From Anaerolineae bacterium (GTDB taxonomy: Bacteria; Chloroflexota; Anaerolineae; UBA1429), in assembly GCA_963675785.1 (NCBI GenBank), contig OY776562.1:2464001-2528000 (forward strand): DNA of 64,000 bases, read 5' to 3'. Every line of letters starts with the position of its first letter. The first letter of the stretch is position 1. A model generated the notes under the pieces. The model was given only the letters and a program-made list of their open reading frames with translations, made no database searches and was not told where the DNA came from. Made by a program: the position numbers and the translations under genes. Positions 21,297-30,871 of the stretch are shown here, in pieces.

Positions 21297-22196
21297 CTAA
21301 AGTTCGCTAGCCTTACGCTTGATGTACTGCCTTAGAGTGTAGCCGTATTTTTCATCGGCCAAAGCCATATCAACAAAAGCCCGATAGTAGCTCTCAAAGT
21401 TGCCAATGTCGTAGCGGTGTTCTCCCTCGCCAAAGCGAATAGCGCGAACGCGATAGCCCATGCGCAGCATCAGTCGAATTGCATCAGTCAGTTGAATCTC
21501 GCCGCCACGGTCAGCCGCCGTACGGCTGATGGCATCAAAAATAGCTGGGGAAAATACATAGCGCGCAGCAATAGCCAGCTGACTGGGTGCCACTGCTGGA
21601 CGCGGTTTTTCAATGAGATCCTCAAGATCGAAATCACGCTGCCCTTCTTGCCCGGCAACCGGCTTGACGATGCCATAACGAAAGACCTCATCAAGCTCTA
21701 CTTGCTCAACAGCAATAGTACAATCGGCGCCACTCTCCAGATGTGTTTTGACCATCTCTTCAAGAAAACAGGCGCCATTCCGTCCCTGAACGATTGAATC
21801 GCCCAACGCGACAACAAAGTGTTCATCGCCTACAAACTGCCGCGCATGATAGATTGCATCGCCAAGACCGCGAGGAATGCTCTGCCGCGTATAGTAAAAG
21901 CGTGTTGGCGTATCAGTAAAAGATAGCTCATCCAACAACGCCTCAGAACCGCCACTGGCCAACAGCCGCTCTAACTCGGGGTCCGCATCAAAATGATCCT
22001 CAATGGCTGTCTTTTTCCGGCCCGTAACAAAGAGAATCTGGTCTAGCCCTGCGTTCTGCAGTTCTTCGACCACATACTGAACCACGGGACGACGCCCAAC
22101 GGGGAGCATCTCTTTGGGCTGAGATTTGGTTGCAGGCAGCAGACGAGTGCCCAATCCCGCTACCGGAATAACCCCCTTGATGATTCGATCAGTCAT
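21297..22196 (-). CDS. galU: UTP--glucose-1-phosphate uridylyltransferase family
   Basis: VIPVAGLGTRLLPATKSQPKEMLP, GLGDA, LIEKP, EIQLTDAI. Confidence 0.88.
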   Translation of the reverse strand: MTDRIIKGVIPVAGLGTRLLPATKSQPKEMLPVGRRPVVQYVVEELQNAGLDQILFVTGRKKTAIEDHFDADPELERLLASGGSEALLDELSFTDTPTRFYYTRQSIPRGLGDAIYHARQFVGDEHFVVALGDSIVQGRNGACFLEEMVKTHLESGADCTIAVEQVELDEVFRYGIVKPVAGQEGQRDFDLEDLIEKPRPAVAPSQLAIAARYVFSPAIFDAISRTAADRGGEIQLTDAIRLMLRMGYRVRAIRFGEGEHRYDIGNFESYYRAFVDMALADEKYGYTLRQYIKRKASEL

Positions 22197-22228
22197 AGTA
22201 TCTCCTTATTCGGGCCCGTAAGGATGGC

Positions 22229-23047
22229 TCAGCCTTGATCAACGCGGGCAATCAACTTGCGCAACGCTCGAGTCGCAATCTCGAAATTCTCGGGGCCAGA
22301 ATACCCCTTGAAACTACCCGCAAAGCGCAAATGGGGTTCCAGAGACAAAAAACCATCATACCCGCGAGCGTTCAGGGCTGAAAGAATCTCATACACCTGG
22401 CCATCCCCCTCACCCGCTGGCACAATACGCTTTTCAGCGATGATGCCGTCCTTGATGTGCATATAGTCCACATACTCGTCCAGCATGTCCCAGCCGTCAG
22501 TATAGGGATGAACATCTTCCATCACAAAGTTGGCCGGATCAAAAGTCATACGCAACTTGGGCGTGTTGAAGGTTTCTAGAATATCCTTGCAGCGTCGGGG
22601 GATGTCACCATAGATGCGGCGCTCATTCTCATGAAGCAGAACAACCGGACGATCCTCGGCAGCCTCAATCAACTTGGAAAGGCGATCCATCACCGGGCCT
22701 CGATAGGCATCTGCCTCACCCTCGGGCACAAAGAAGGAGAACATGCGGATAAAGGGTGTTCCAAAGAGCTCGGCCAAATCCATGGCGCGCTCGAATTTTT
22801 CAAGATGCGGCTCAAGCGGGGCATCAACCTGAATCTTGCCGATAGGCGAGCCGATGGCAGATACCTGAATGCCTCGCGCATCGAGCTCTGTCTTGAATCG
22901 AGCGATCTCCTGATCATCCAAGTCGAGAACGCCTTTGCCCCATACAGCTCGAAACTCGAGATACCCTATGCCAAGCTGTTCCAAAACATCCAGTTGCTCA
23001 TCCAATTCTTGCGAGATTTCATCAGCAAAGCCTGTTAGTGTGAACAT
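22229..23047 (-). CDS. Sugar phosphate isomerase/epimerase (AP endonuclease 2/xylose isomerase-like TIM barrel)
   Basis: GFADEI, LLHENE, FDPANF, HIKD, SLEPH metal-binding pattern. Confidence 0.88.
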   Translation of the reverse strand: MFTLTGFADEISQELDEQLDVLEQLGIGYLEFRAVWGKGVLDLDDQEIARFKTELDARGIQVSAIGSPIGKIQVDAPLEPHLEKFERAMDLAELFGTPFIRMFSFFVPEGEADAYRGPVMDRLSKLIEAAEDRPVVLLHENERRIYGDIPRRCKDILETFNTPKLRMTFDPANFVMEDVHPYTDGWDMLDEYVDYMHIKDGIIAEKRIVPAGEGDGQVYEILSALNARGYDGFLSLEPHLRFAGSFKGYSGPENFEIATRALRKLIARVDQG

Positions 23048-23159
23048 CCTGTCCTCCTTTTTGCCAAAAGGAAAGCCCGGAAGCAATCAACGATCGCTTG
23101 CCGGGCCCATTCCCCTCTCACGCCTAAGTGCCACAAAAGGGCCCTGGCGGCCCTTCAAG

Positions 23160-23363
23160 TTACGACTCCTTGGAGTCGTCGTCTTTGGCTGTACCGATAT
23201 CTTCGAGGTCTTTTTTAGCCTCATCTACATCTTTGATTGCACCCTTGAAATCCTTGACGCCACGGCCGAGCTCTTTACCGAGAGAGCCAAGTTTGCCAGC
23301 GCCAAAGATCAAGATGACGATGACCAGGATAATGATGAGCTCTGTTGTCCCTAAATTGGGCAT
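23160..23363 (-). CDS. tatA: Twin-arginine translocase TatA/E subunit
   Basis: GTTELIIILVIVILIFGAGKL..LG..LGRGVKDFK. Confidence 0.93.
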   Translation of the reverse strand: MPNLGTTELIIILVIVILIFGAGKLGSLGKELGRGVKDFKGAIKDVDEAKKDLEDIGTAKDDDSKES

Positions 23364-23390
23364 GACCCCCTCCTTCGGCCGCAGCCATCG

Positions 23391-23651
23391 TTACTCTTCA
23401 GAAGGCTCTGAATCGTCTTCTGCCAAGTCTTCTTTCTTCTCAACGGAAGCTTTTTTCTGGCTTGAAGCCTTTTTGGCCTCGCCTTTTTTCTCTTCTTTTT
23501 CTGCTTCTTCATCGTCGGTTTTTACTGCCTTGCGAAAATCGGAAACGCCCTTGCCAAGTGCGCTACCAACGCTTCCCAATTTGCCGGCACCAAAAATCAA
23601 AATGACGATGACCAGAATGATGATCAGTTCTGTCGTTCCAAGATTCGGCAT
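23391..23651 (-). CDS. tatA: Twin-arginine translocase TatA/E subunit (second copy)
   Basis: Same N-terminus as neighbour, then GKGVSDFRKA and a charged tail. Confidence 0.93.
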   Translation of the reverse strand: MPNLGTTELIIILVIVILIFGAGKLGSVGSALGKGVSDFRKAVKTDDEEAEKEEKKGEAKKASSQKKASVEKKEDLAEDDSEPSEE

Positions 23652-23921
23652 TGTGTGCTTCTCCCAAGAGCGAACGGCTCTACCCATCTCTAGATGGGGC
23701 CGCATGCGAATTAGCAGGCTCGGCGTGAGGGAGCCTCTTATGTATCTCCCCTCAAGCCACTCGTGCTATCGCAAAGACCAAACCATCTGAATTGCTATAA
23801 TCAAGCGCTACCTAGTGTAGCCCTGTTTACCCTATCTTGTCAAAAGTGGATGGTATCTTTGACATAAGCCATCTGGTCAATCACGATTCGGTTGGCCAGC
23901 AACCATCCCTATGTTACAATT

Positions 23922-24302
23922 ATGGCACTTATGAAACAAGCCAAACGTACAGGGAATTTGGGTGAAGACATGGCCTGCCAGGCACTCGCCCAGGCGGGTT
24001 ATCAAATCATAGAGCGAAACTGGCGCTATGCCAAGGGCGAAATCGATCTCGTTGCCAGGGAAGAAGAAACCTGGGCTTTTGTTGAAGTCAAGGCAAGGCA
24101 TGGTCGTAAAAGTGGTTATCCCGAAGAAGCGGTCACCCCGACCAAACTCACGCGCATTCAAGAAGCAGCAGAGAACTATCTTGCCGAACACAATCTTGAT
24201 GACGTAAACTGGCGTATTGACATCGTGGCAATCGAGCTCGATCATGCGAATCACATCAAGTCACTTCGTGTTCTCAAGGGGCTCACTGCCGATGAAGACT
24301 GA
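23922..24302 (+). CDS. yraN: YraN family (UPF0102) protein
   Basis: GNLGEDMA, ERNWR...GEIDLVA, FVEVKAR, RIDIVAI. Confidence 0.93.
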   Translation: MALMKQAKRTGNLGEDMACQALAQAGYQIIERNWRYAKGEIDLVAREEETWAFVEVKARHGRKSGYPEEAVTPTKLTRIQEAAENYLAEHNLDDVNWRIDIVAIELDHANHIKSLRVLKGLTADED

Positions 24303-25227
24303 ACCGGCAAACGTCAAGGTCGTCACCATTGTTGGTCCGACAGCCGTGGGAAAAACCGGCCTCTCAGTCGAATTGTGCGAGGCTCTGGGGGGTGAGATCG
24401 TTTCAGCCGATTCACGGCAGATCTACCGCCATATGGATATTGGTACGGCCAAAGCCACTGCCACCGAGCAGGCCCGAGCCCGCCACCACCTCATTGACAT
24501 TGTCGATCCGGATCAGGAACTCACCCTGGCACATTATCAAAAACTGGCACTGGATTGCTTTGACGAGACCAGCGCCCAAGGAAAATTGCCATTCTTGGTG
24601 GGCGGCACAGGGTTGTACGTCAAGGCGACACTAGAAGGTTGGACGGTACCGCAAGTTCCTCCTAACCCAGATTTCCGGGCAGAAATGGAATCGCGAGCCG
24701 AGGAAATCGGCGTGGACGGCTTGCATCAAGAGCTAGCCAAAGTTGATCCAGAAGCGGCTGCACATATTGATGCACGCAATGTTCGCCGCGTTATTCGTGC
24801 TCTCGAAGTCTATCAGCATACCGGGCAGAAAATGTCCGAGCAACAGCAAAAGTGCCCGCCCCCATTGGACGTGCTTCAAATCGGGTTGACACGGGGCAGG
24901 CAGACGCTGTATGAACGCATCGATCTGCGCATTGACCGAATGATCGAGATCGGCCTGGAAGCCGAAGTGCGCGGCCTGCTTGATAGAGGTTATACTCCAG
25001 ATTTGCCGGCTATGAGTGGGCTGGGCTATCGCCAGATGATTGATGCCATTCAGGGCAAAACAACCCTCGATGAAGCCATTGCCCTGACGAAAAGACATAC
25101 TCGACGCTTTGTTCGCCAGCAATATAACTGGTTTCGCCTATCCGATCCGGCCATTCACTGGTATGATGCTTCTACGATAGAAACTCAAAAACTGGCAGAC
25201 GAGATTCAAACCTTTCTCAATGCCTAA
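24292..25227 (+). CDS. miaA: tRNA dimethylallyltransferase
   Basis: GPTAVGKT, SADSRQIYRHMDIGTAK, VGGTGLY, RRVIRALEV, RQQYNWF. Confidence 0.97.
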   Translation: MKTEPANVKVVTIVGPTAVGKTGLSVELCEALGGEIVSADSRQIYRHMDIGTAKATATEQARARHHLIDIVDPDQELTLAHYQKLALDCFDETSAQGKLPFLVGGTGLYVKATLEGWTVPQVPPNPDFRAEMESRAEEIGVDGLHQELAKVDPEAAAHIDARNVRRVIRALEVYQHTGQKMSEQQQKCPPPLDVLQIGLTRGRQTLYERIDLRIDRMIEIGLEAEVRGLLDRGYTPDLPAMSGLGYRQMIDAIQGKTTLDEAIALTKRHTRRFVRQQYNWFRLSDPAIHWYDASTIETQKLADEIQTFLNA

Positions 25228-25248
25228 GCGCAGCAGGAGACGGCGCGC

Positions 25249-26166
25249 ATGTCGTATACTGACGCATCATTCGCACCCAAACGCGGCAAAGCCAAACGAG
25301 CTCTCACTGTCGTTCTGATTCTCATTGCTGTTGTCGTTGGCTCGCGTTTTCTAGAGACGGGCTCTATTCAAGTTTTGCCCTCGCCCCAAGTGGAGATTAA
25401 CACAGGCACAGCGACGCTCTATCGTGTCGATTCTTCCGAACCTGCTACGCTCATCGTTGGAGCGACAAAGAACCTTGAAGAAGGCGATGAGATTGTTTGC
25501 AGTGCGGATGGCACGGCGACGCTCACACTGGGAGACAGCCGCACCATCGAAATGGCGGAGAATACGCGTGTTACGTTGTTGAGTACAGAGTGGGACATAA
25601 CTGATCGCAGCAACCCCGCCTGGATTGCCGTAGACGAAGGTCAAGTTATTGCCCGAGTGGCGGCGTCTACACTTGCTTCAGCGCCGCTCACGCTGGATAC
25701 AGATACTGTCAGCCTCAAAACAGAAAACGCTACCTTTACCTGCAGCGTACCTGATCGCGACCACACTTATGTTGCCGTCTTTAGCGGCGAGGTTACAGTG
25801 TCCATGGGTAGAGATGAGGTCACCGTTGTCGGAGGACAAAGTCTGGATGCCACCCTGGGTTACCAGCTCGAGGTGCAAGCCATGACAGACGCAGAACTTG
25901 CGGCAGAGCCAACGGCCTCACTGACACCAGAAGCCTCGACCTCATCACTTGCCACAACGCCCACTGCTGAAGGTGTTGGAGTCACATCCACAGCAAACAA
26001 TGGGACAACCACCTACACGGTTCAATCGGGCGATACGCTCTACAGCATTGCCCAACGCTATGGCATCGACTGGGAGACTCTGTGGCAGGCCAATATCGAT
26101 ACTGTGCCCACCGCAGAACAGCTCAAAGCTGGCCAGGAACTGATTATCCCTACTGGTGGTAACTGA
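25249..26166 (+). CDS. Membrane-anchored FecR-like + LysM domain protein
   Basis: N-terminal TM, FecR-like beta region (LEEGDEI...LGDSRTIEMAENT), C-terminal LysM YTVQSGDTLYSIAQRYG. Confidence 0.78.
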   Translation: MSYTDASFAPKRGKAKRALTVVLILIAVVVGSRFLETGSIQVLPSPQVEINTGTATLYRVDSSEPATLIVGATKNLEEGDEIVCSADGTATLTLGDSRTIEMAENTRVTLLSTEWDITDRSNPAWIAVDEGQVIARVAASTLASAPLTLDTDTVSLKTENATFTCSVPDRDHTYVAVFSGEVTVSMGRDEVTVVGGQSLDATLGYQLEVQAMTDAELAAEPTASLTPEASTSSLATTPTAEGVGVTSTANNGTTTYTVQSGDTLYSIAQRYGIDWETLWQANIDTVPTAEQLKAGQELIIPTGGN

Positions 26167-29100
26167 GCGGCAGATAGGTCACATAAACTGTATCAGCCAT
26201 GTTGCCGGCCAGATCAGCAATGCGGAAACGAACCATGCCACTGGTTCCTGTAGGTGCTTGCAGGGTTACTGTAGCTGTTGTTCCCTCGTCCACATCCAAG
26301 GACAGTGCATTCCATGACGACCATGTTTTCCCCCCATTACTAGAGGTACACCACATCGCCGTACTTGGATCCAATCCAGAGACCGTATCACGAACGATAG
26401 CAGAGGTAGTTCCCTTGCTCACCCAGGTTGGCTCAGTAAGATCAAGACCCACGGTCAAAGTAGATTCGACCGCATTACCCGCCTTGTCAGATAGACGCAC
26501 CAAAACGGTCTGTTCGCCCTCAATTGCCTCCAAAGCCCACCCCACCGAAGAACTCACCGGCAGCTTTTCACCATAGACTGTCACGCGATCCATGGCCAGA
26601 GTGCCCAAAGCATAATACAGCACCCGGAACTCTAGGCCACCAACCGTCATGCCCGCATCAGGCACAGACGAAGAGAGATAATCAAAGACGACAAGTACAT
26701 CCTCGTAATCTTCGGAGGCAAAATCAGCGCTGGCGATGTCTCGGGAAGCATAGATGCGCAGCCCGTTGGAATCCGAGACGTCGATTTGAGCCAGGTTCAC
26801 ATCCTCGTCGGGCAGGCCTCTTAGGCGGAAATAAGCATCATAGGTACGATAAGCTGGCAGACCAAAGGTGTAGGGGCCATACCAATAGCCATACGAAGCA
26901 TCCGCAGCCAACCAGGTGCTATCATTGATAGCCAAAGTATCTGTGGCAACACTGCCAGTATCAGGCTGATGCGAGAGCTCTTCACCCTCCCAGAACCAGT
27001 CGTTGCTAAACTGGACATAGTTCGCCCCGGAGCTGTCCACCGCAAAGTATGTATAGATGCTGTTTGTCCAGGCTGGCGCCGTCACAGTGCCCGTAGGCGC
27101 CGTATTGTCTACATAGAGCGTCAGGCTTTGCTGGGCTGAGCCACCATCGTTCGTAGCGGAAATGACGACCGTATGTTTGCCGTCGACATAGCCGGCAGTG
27201 TTCCATCGGAGGATATAAGGCGAGATAGTGGTTGCATCTACCTGAACACCATCCACGCGCAGAACTGCACTATTGATGGGTACGTTAGCCGACACGGTAA
27301 CGCGCTGCACAGATGCGACATATGCCCCATTGGTCAATCCTTCTACAGTAATACGTGGGGGGATGAGCGAAAAGCGGCCAAGTGCTGTGCTGCGAATCGT
27401 ACTCATGATGGACAGAATCTGCGCACCGGGGCAACTAACATTCTCCCAGCCACTGTGGGCCGAAACCACCGGATAGCTACTGCCGCCATAGCTAAAATAA
27501 CCCGTTGGATTTAGCTCATACTCGACCGAGTCCTGGGCAATGAGGTCTTCCAGACTATCCACCATAGCTGATGAGGGCGCACTGCTGGCATAATCGCCCA
27601 GCAGCAGGATGCCAACGGCAGAATCATTGGCCTCGTCCAGATGCGTGCCAGCCACGCTGGCGCCACCATCGCGGGCCTCGTAAACATTGCCCAGCGCATC
27701 CATAGCATAATTGCAGGCCAATCCGCCCATGTTCAGACTGATGGACTGCATATACTCGATGCAACGCAATGCCGCGGTGGGGTCAAGGCCATTGAGTGAA
27801 GCCGTATCGTGCAGCACAAAGGCCTGCGGATCAGCACTGTCCGAGATGCTAACCAGCGAAGCATCCGCTCCCCAGCTCTCGCGTGATAACACCGGCACGA
27901 GCTGATACTCGGTCAGGTCCCCTTGCCCCACCAACGATGCTGCTGTTGGGCCATCGGAGCCATTCAGACAGAGTAGGCGCACATATTCGAAAATCGGGGA
28001 TTCACCACTCGAATTGGCAGTAAACTGCACGCGGTACTGCACCGCCGTCGATTCACCAAAGATAGGCTCCGACCAAACGGAACGACCATCAGGGGCGTCG
28101 TCCGCCTGACCCATCTGCACCCAATCACGCCATGTTCCATTGGCAGCACGCGTGGATACAGAAAGAGTCAATGTTGCCCCTGTCGGCACGATACCATACC
28201 AGTTGACATACACCGTCTGAAAGCCACCGGATATCTCACTGATAGCCGAGGTAAAGGTACCGGAGGTCTGGCCAGAAGACAGAATAACTCCTCCATCGGT
28301 ATCACCAGTGGTGTAACTCATTACAGTATCGTCTTCGCTCCACCCATAGAGCGACAAGAAATTATTGGAATGGATGATATCTTCGACCAACACGCCTGTA
28401 TCAATGCTCGGCGTGCCCGTGTTGGATACGGCCACCGTTTGGAACGAGCCATCCCTAGGCCAGCGAGCCACATTGCCATCGCCATCATCAAAGTAGAATT
28501 GGTAGGCCTGAGTTCCGGCAGGAAGGTTGGTTTGCAGCACATAGGTATAGGGCTCGGTACCATCGCCAACGCGCTGCATCGCTTCGGCGCGCAACTCGCC
28601 GCCCTGCTGGAACAGCACAATGGCCACAGCCGGTGCACCCGTCAGCACCTGATTATAAGTAGCCTGAAAAGTAAACACCGTGCCCTTGTCACCACTGGAG
28701 GGGGTTACCGAAGCAGAAGGCACATCCGAAGGAACGGGCACATAGATTTCGACGCCGGTGTAATAGTGTTTGAGAATTTGGTCAAAGGTCCAACCTTGCA
28801 GAGCATAAGCCCTGGCGCCCACCTGGCACAGGCCGACGCCATGGCCATAGTAATAGTCATAGCCGCAGATGCATTCGACGCTACGCAGATAGGGAACATA
28901 ACTGCTCCAAACATCCTCGACATTCTGCGTATGGCCGTTGCAATGGCCATGGAAAAAAGCATAGATGACCTCGCCATTGTAACGAGCTACAACCCCCGCA
29001 GTCGCGGCTACAGCGCGATCGCTGCTATCATAAGTCGTTGCCTTCCAAACCTGGCAATGGGTGGTGGTGCAAACGTCGGCATTTGCCTCATCGTGCCGAT

Positions 29101-29728
29101 GAGCCGTAGCAGCATAGCAGCGGGCTGCCACAGCCTGAGCCTTGAGCGCCTCCATGGGCCAATAGGGCGACATCTCTGCCCAAACCACGCCGCGCAGATA
29201 CTCTTCCATGGCCATCTCTACCACCGAGCCGTCTTCCATGAGCACACGAATGGTCTTGGGGCTCTCGTAGACGGCCTGCGTGGTAACAGCCAGCGTCTCC
29301 AGCTCGTGTTCCAGGTCTTCTTCGCTCTGAATACCCGTATCCGATACCAGTTTTTCATCGATGATGGCTGCCTGCTCCTCGGTCGGATCGGCAATCACCA
29401 TCTCGAAATCCACACGCGCACGGCCCATATCCAGTTGGCGATAGAGCTGGGTCATGCCGATATAACCAGGCAGAGAAGCATAGAGATCATAATTGCCAGC
29501 AGGCAAGGTCAACACGTAATTGCCAGCCACATCGGTCTCGACGGTAGTATCCCCAACGGAAACATGCACGCCAGGCAAGGGTTCGCCGGTGACCAGATCG
29601 GTGATGGTGCCCACAAAGGCCGTATCATCCGATAGTTGTGCGGCGAACAGCAGAGGGCCGGAAGTGAGGATGAGCAGCGAAATCATTAACGAAGAAAGCA
29701 GGATCCGTAACGGATGTGACATTTTCAT
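26150..29728 (-). CDS. Large secreted multidomain cell-wall hydrolase (carboxypeptidase-regulatory-like, SpoIID/LytB, Amidase_2/PGRP-like, Ig-like)
   Basis: Signal peptide; EEYLRGVVWAEM..EALKAQAVAAR, GHGVGLCQVGA, ILKHYY (SpoIID); SRESWGA..LHDTA..AH..SCPG (amidase_2). Confidence 0.85.
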   Translation of the reverse strand: MKMSHPLRILLSSLMISLLILTSGPLLFAAQLSDDTAFVGTITDLVTGEPLPGVHVSVGDTTVETDVAGNYVLTLPAGNYDLYASLPGYIGMTQLYRQLDMGRARVDFEMVIADPTEEQAAIIDEKLVSDTGIQSEEDLEHELETLAVTTQAVYESPKTIRVLMEDGSVVEMAMEEYLRGVVWAEMSPYWPMEALKAQAVAARCYAATAHRHDEANADVCTTTHCQVWKATTYDSSDRAVAATAGVVARYNGEVIYAFFHGHCNGHTQNVEDVWSSYVPYLRSVECICGYDYYYGHGVGLCQVGARAYALQGWTFDQILKHYYTGVEIYVPVPSDVPSASVTPSSGDKGTVFTFQATYNQVLTGAPAVAIVLFQQGGELRAEAMQRVGDGTEPYTYVLQTNLPAGTQAYQFYFDDGDGNVARWPRDGSFQTVAVSNTGTPSIDTGVLVEDIIHSNNFLSLYGWSEDDTVMSYTTGDTDGGVILSSGQTSGTFTSAISEISGGFQTVYVNWYGIVPTGATLTLSVSTRAANGTWRDWVQMGQADDAPDGRSVWSEPIFGESTAVQYRVQFTANSSGESPIFEYVRLLCLNGSDGPTAASLVGQGDLTEYQLVPVLSRESWGADASLVSISDSADPQAFVLHDTASLNGLDPTAALRCIEYMQSISLNMGGLACNYAMDALGNVYEARDGGASVAGTHLDEANDSAVGILLLGDYASSAPSSAMVDSLEDLIAQDSVEYELNPTGYFSYGGSSYPVVSAHSGWENVSCPGAQILSIMSTIRSTALGRFSLIPPRITVEGLTNGAYVASVQRVTVSANVPINSAVLRVDGVQVDATTISPYILRWNTAGYVDGKHTVVISATNDGGSAQQSLTLYVDNTAPTGTVTAPAWTNSIYTYFAVDSSGANYVQFSNDWFWEGEELSHQPDTGSVATDTLAINDSTWLAADASYGYWYGPYTFGLPAYRTYDAYFRLRGLPDEDVNLAQIDVSDSNGLRIYASRDIASADFASEDYEDVLVVFDYLSSSVPDAGMTVGGLEFRVLYYALGTLAMDRVTVYGEKLPVSSSVGWALEAIEGEQTVLVRLSDKAGNAVESTLTVGLDLTEPTWVSKGTTSAIVRDTVSGLDPSTAMWCTSSNGGKTWSSWNALSLDVDEGTTATVTLQAPTGTSGMVRFRIADLAGNMADTVYVTYLPLSYHQ

Positions 29729-29730
29729 CC

Positions 29731-30429
29731 CTATCCTGTTTTAGCAGACGCGAAATGGTGAGCCCAACGTGTGGGCTCTGGCAGGCGATAGCGGGTGCTG
29801 CAGCCAAGTACCAGTTCTATAGACGAAGGCAGCGACATCTTGTTCCCGATGGAGACATACACGGGGCGAACCCGCGTGCGAGTGCGCAGCACAGCGCCGA
29901 TCGTCTCCTCGCCATCGAACAGCAGCGCATAGCTGCCTTTGGATTCAGCCGGCTCCTCATGGGTGCCGGTCAAGCGCGACTTGGCGCAGCCGATAGAACG
30001 TACATCCAGCAACACGCCCAAATGAGCCGCCAACCCCATGCGCCGCGGATGGGCAATGCCCTGGCCATCGAACATGAGTACGTCGGGGGCCGCATCCAGT
30101 TCGCCAAGAGCGGCCAACACCGCCGGCGCCTCGCGATAGGTCAACAAGCCGGGCACATAGGGGTAACTCAAAGGGCGCTCTGCGGTAGCAACTTGCAACT
30201 GCGCGAGCTCGGGGTAAGAGAAAACGACGACCGCAGCGTGCATGGTCTCTTTGTTGCGAATACCCACATCTATGCCGGCAATGGTGTGCACCGGCTCACC
30301 CGTATCCTCACGGACAAGCCGCTCGGCCAGCGCCGACTGCGCCTGAATAGCCTCGTGTGGCGTCAAAGTCCAGTTTTCGGGAACGGCGGCCTGTGCCAGA
30401 CGTTGTTGCCAATCATCTATCGAGATCAC
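29731..30429 (-). CDS. nfi: Endonuclease V
   Basis: AGIDVG, YVPGLLTYREAP, DGQGIAHPRRMGLAAHLG, YRLPEPTRWAH. Confidence 0.96.
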   Translation of the reverse strand: MISIDDWQQRLAQAAVPENWTLTPHEAIQAQSALAERLVREDTGEPVHTIAGIDVGIRNKETMHAAVVVFSYPELAQLQVATAERPLSYPYVPGLLTYREAPAVLAALGELDAAPDVLMFDGQGIAHPRRMGLAAHLGVLLDVRSIGCAKSRLTGTHEEPAESKGSYALLFDGEETIGAVLRTRTRVRPVYVSIGNKMSLPSSIELVLGCSTRYRLPEPTRWAHHFASAKTG

Positions 30430-30731
30430 GAAAGAACGACCACCGAGTTCACGCCCCCGAAAGGATTCGGAGCATATTCATCGGCGTGCCAGTCGTTGAT
30501 CCAAGTCTCGCCATCTACGAGGTAGCGAAACTCGATCCGCCGCCCTTTTTTCAAGTGAACCTTGATCTGCCAGGTTTGCGTTCTCTCATCAAACAACATG
30601 GGCGTAGAGCCTTTGTCCCAGTTATTCATATCGCCAACCAGGTGAGCCGAACGTGCCTGCACATCGGGCGGCAGTACAAACGTCACAGATACCGATTCAC
30701 TGGAAGCATTATCTTCTCTGATAATCATCAC
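30426..30731 (-). CDS. Isoamylase early set / CBM48-like small protein
   Basis: VTFVLP, LVGDMNNWD, FRYLVDG..WIND..AD, PNPFGGVNSVV. Confidence 0.85.
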   Translation of the reverse strand: MMIIREDNASSESVSVTFVLPPDVQARSAHLVGDMNNWDKGSTPMLFDERTQTWQIKVHLKKGRRIEFRYLVDGETWINDWHADEYAPNPFGGVNSVVVLS

Positions 30732-30871
30732 TCACCAGCTTTATTCATAGAACAAACACATTCTAGCCTTGCTGCACTTGGCAAACAAGACCTGGGGGTA
30801 AAAAGCACGTGGGTAATGCACGGGTTGCCACAACGTTTTGGCTGTCAGCAACCCGTGCGATACATCAAAGA

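Noticed and set aside
23160-23651. Direct repeat suggesting an array
   Set aside because: Explained by two paralogous tatA coding sequences; no CRISPR-like repeat-spacer periodicity seen anywhere in the window
28370-29635. 421-aa plus-strand ORF, and similar long antisense ORFs (30809-32020, 23128-23790, 13966-14637)
   Set aside because: Shadow frames opposite well-supported genes, with no motifs
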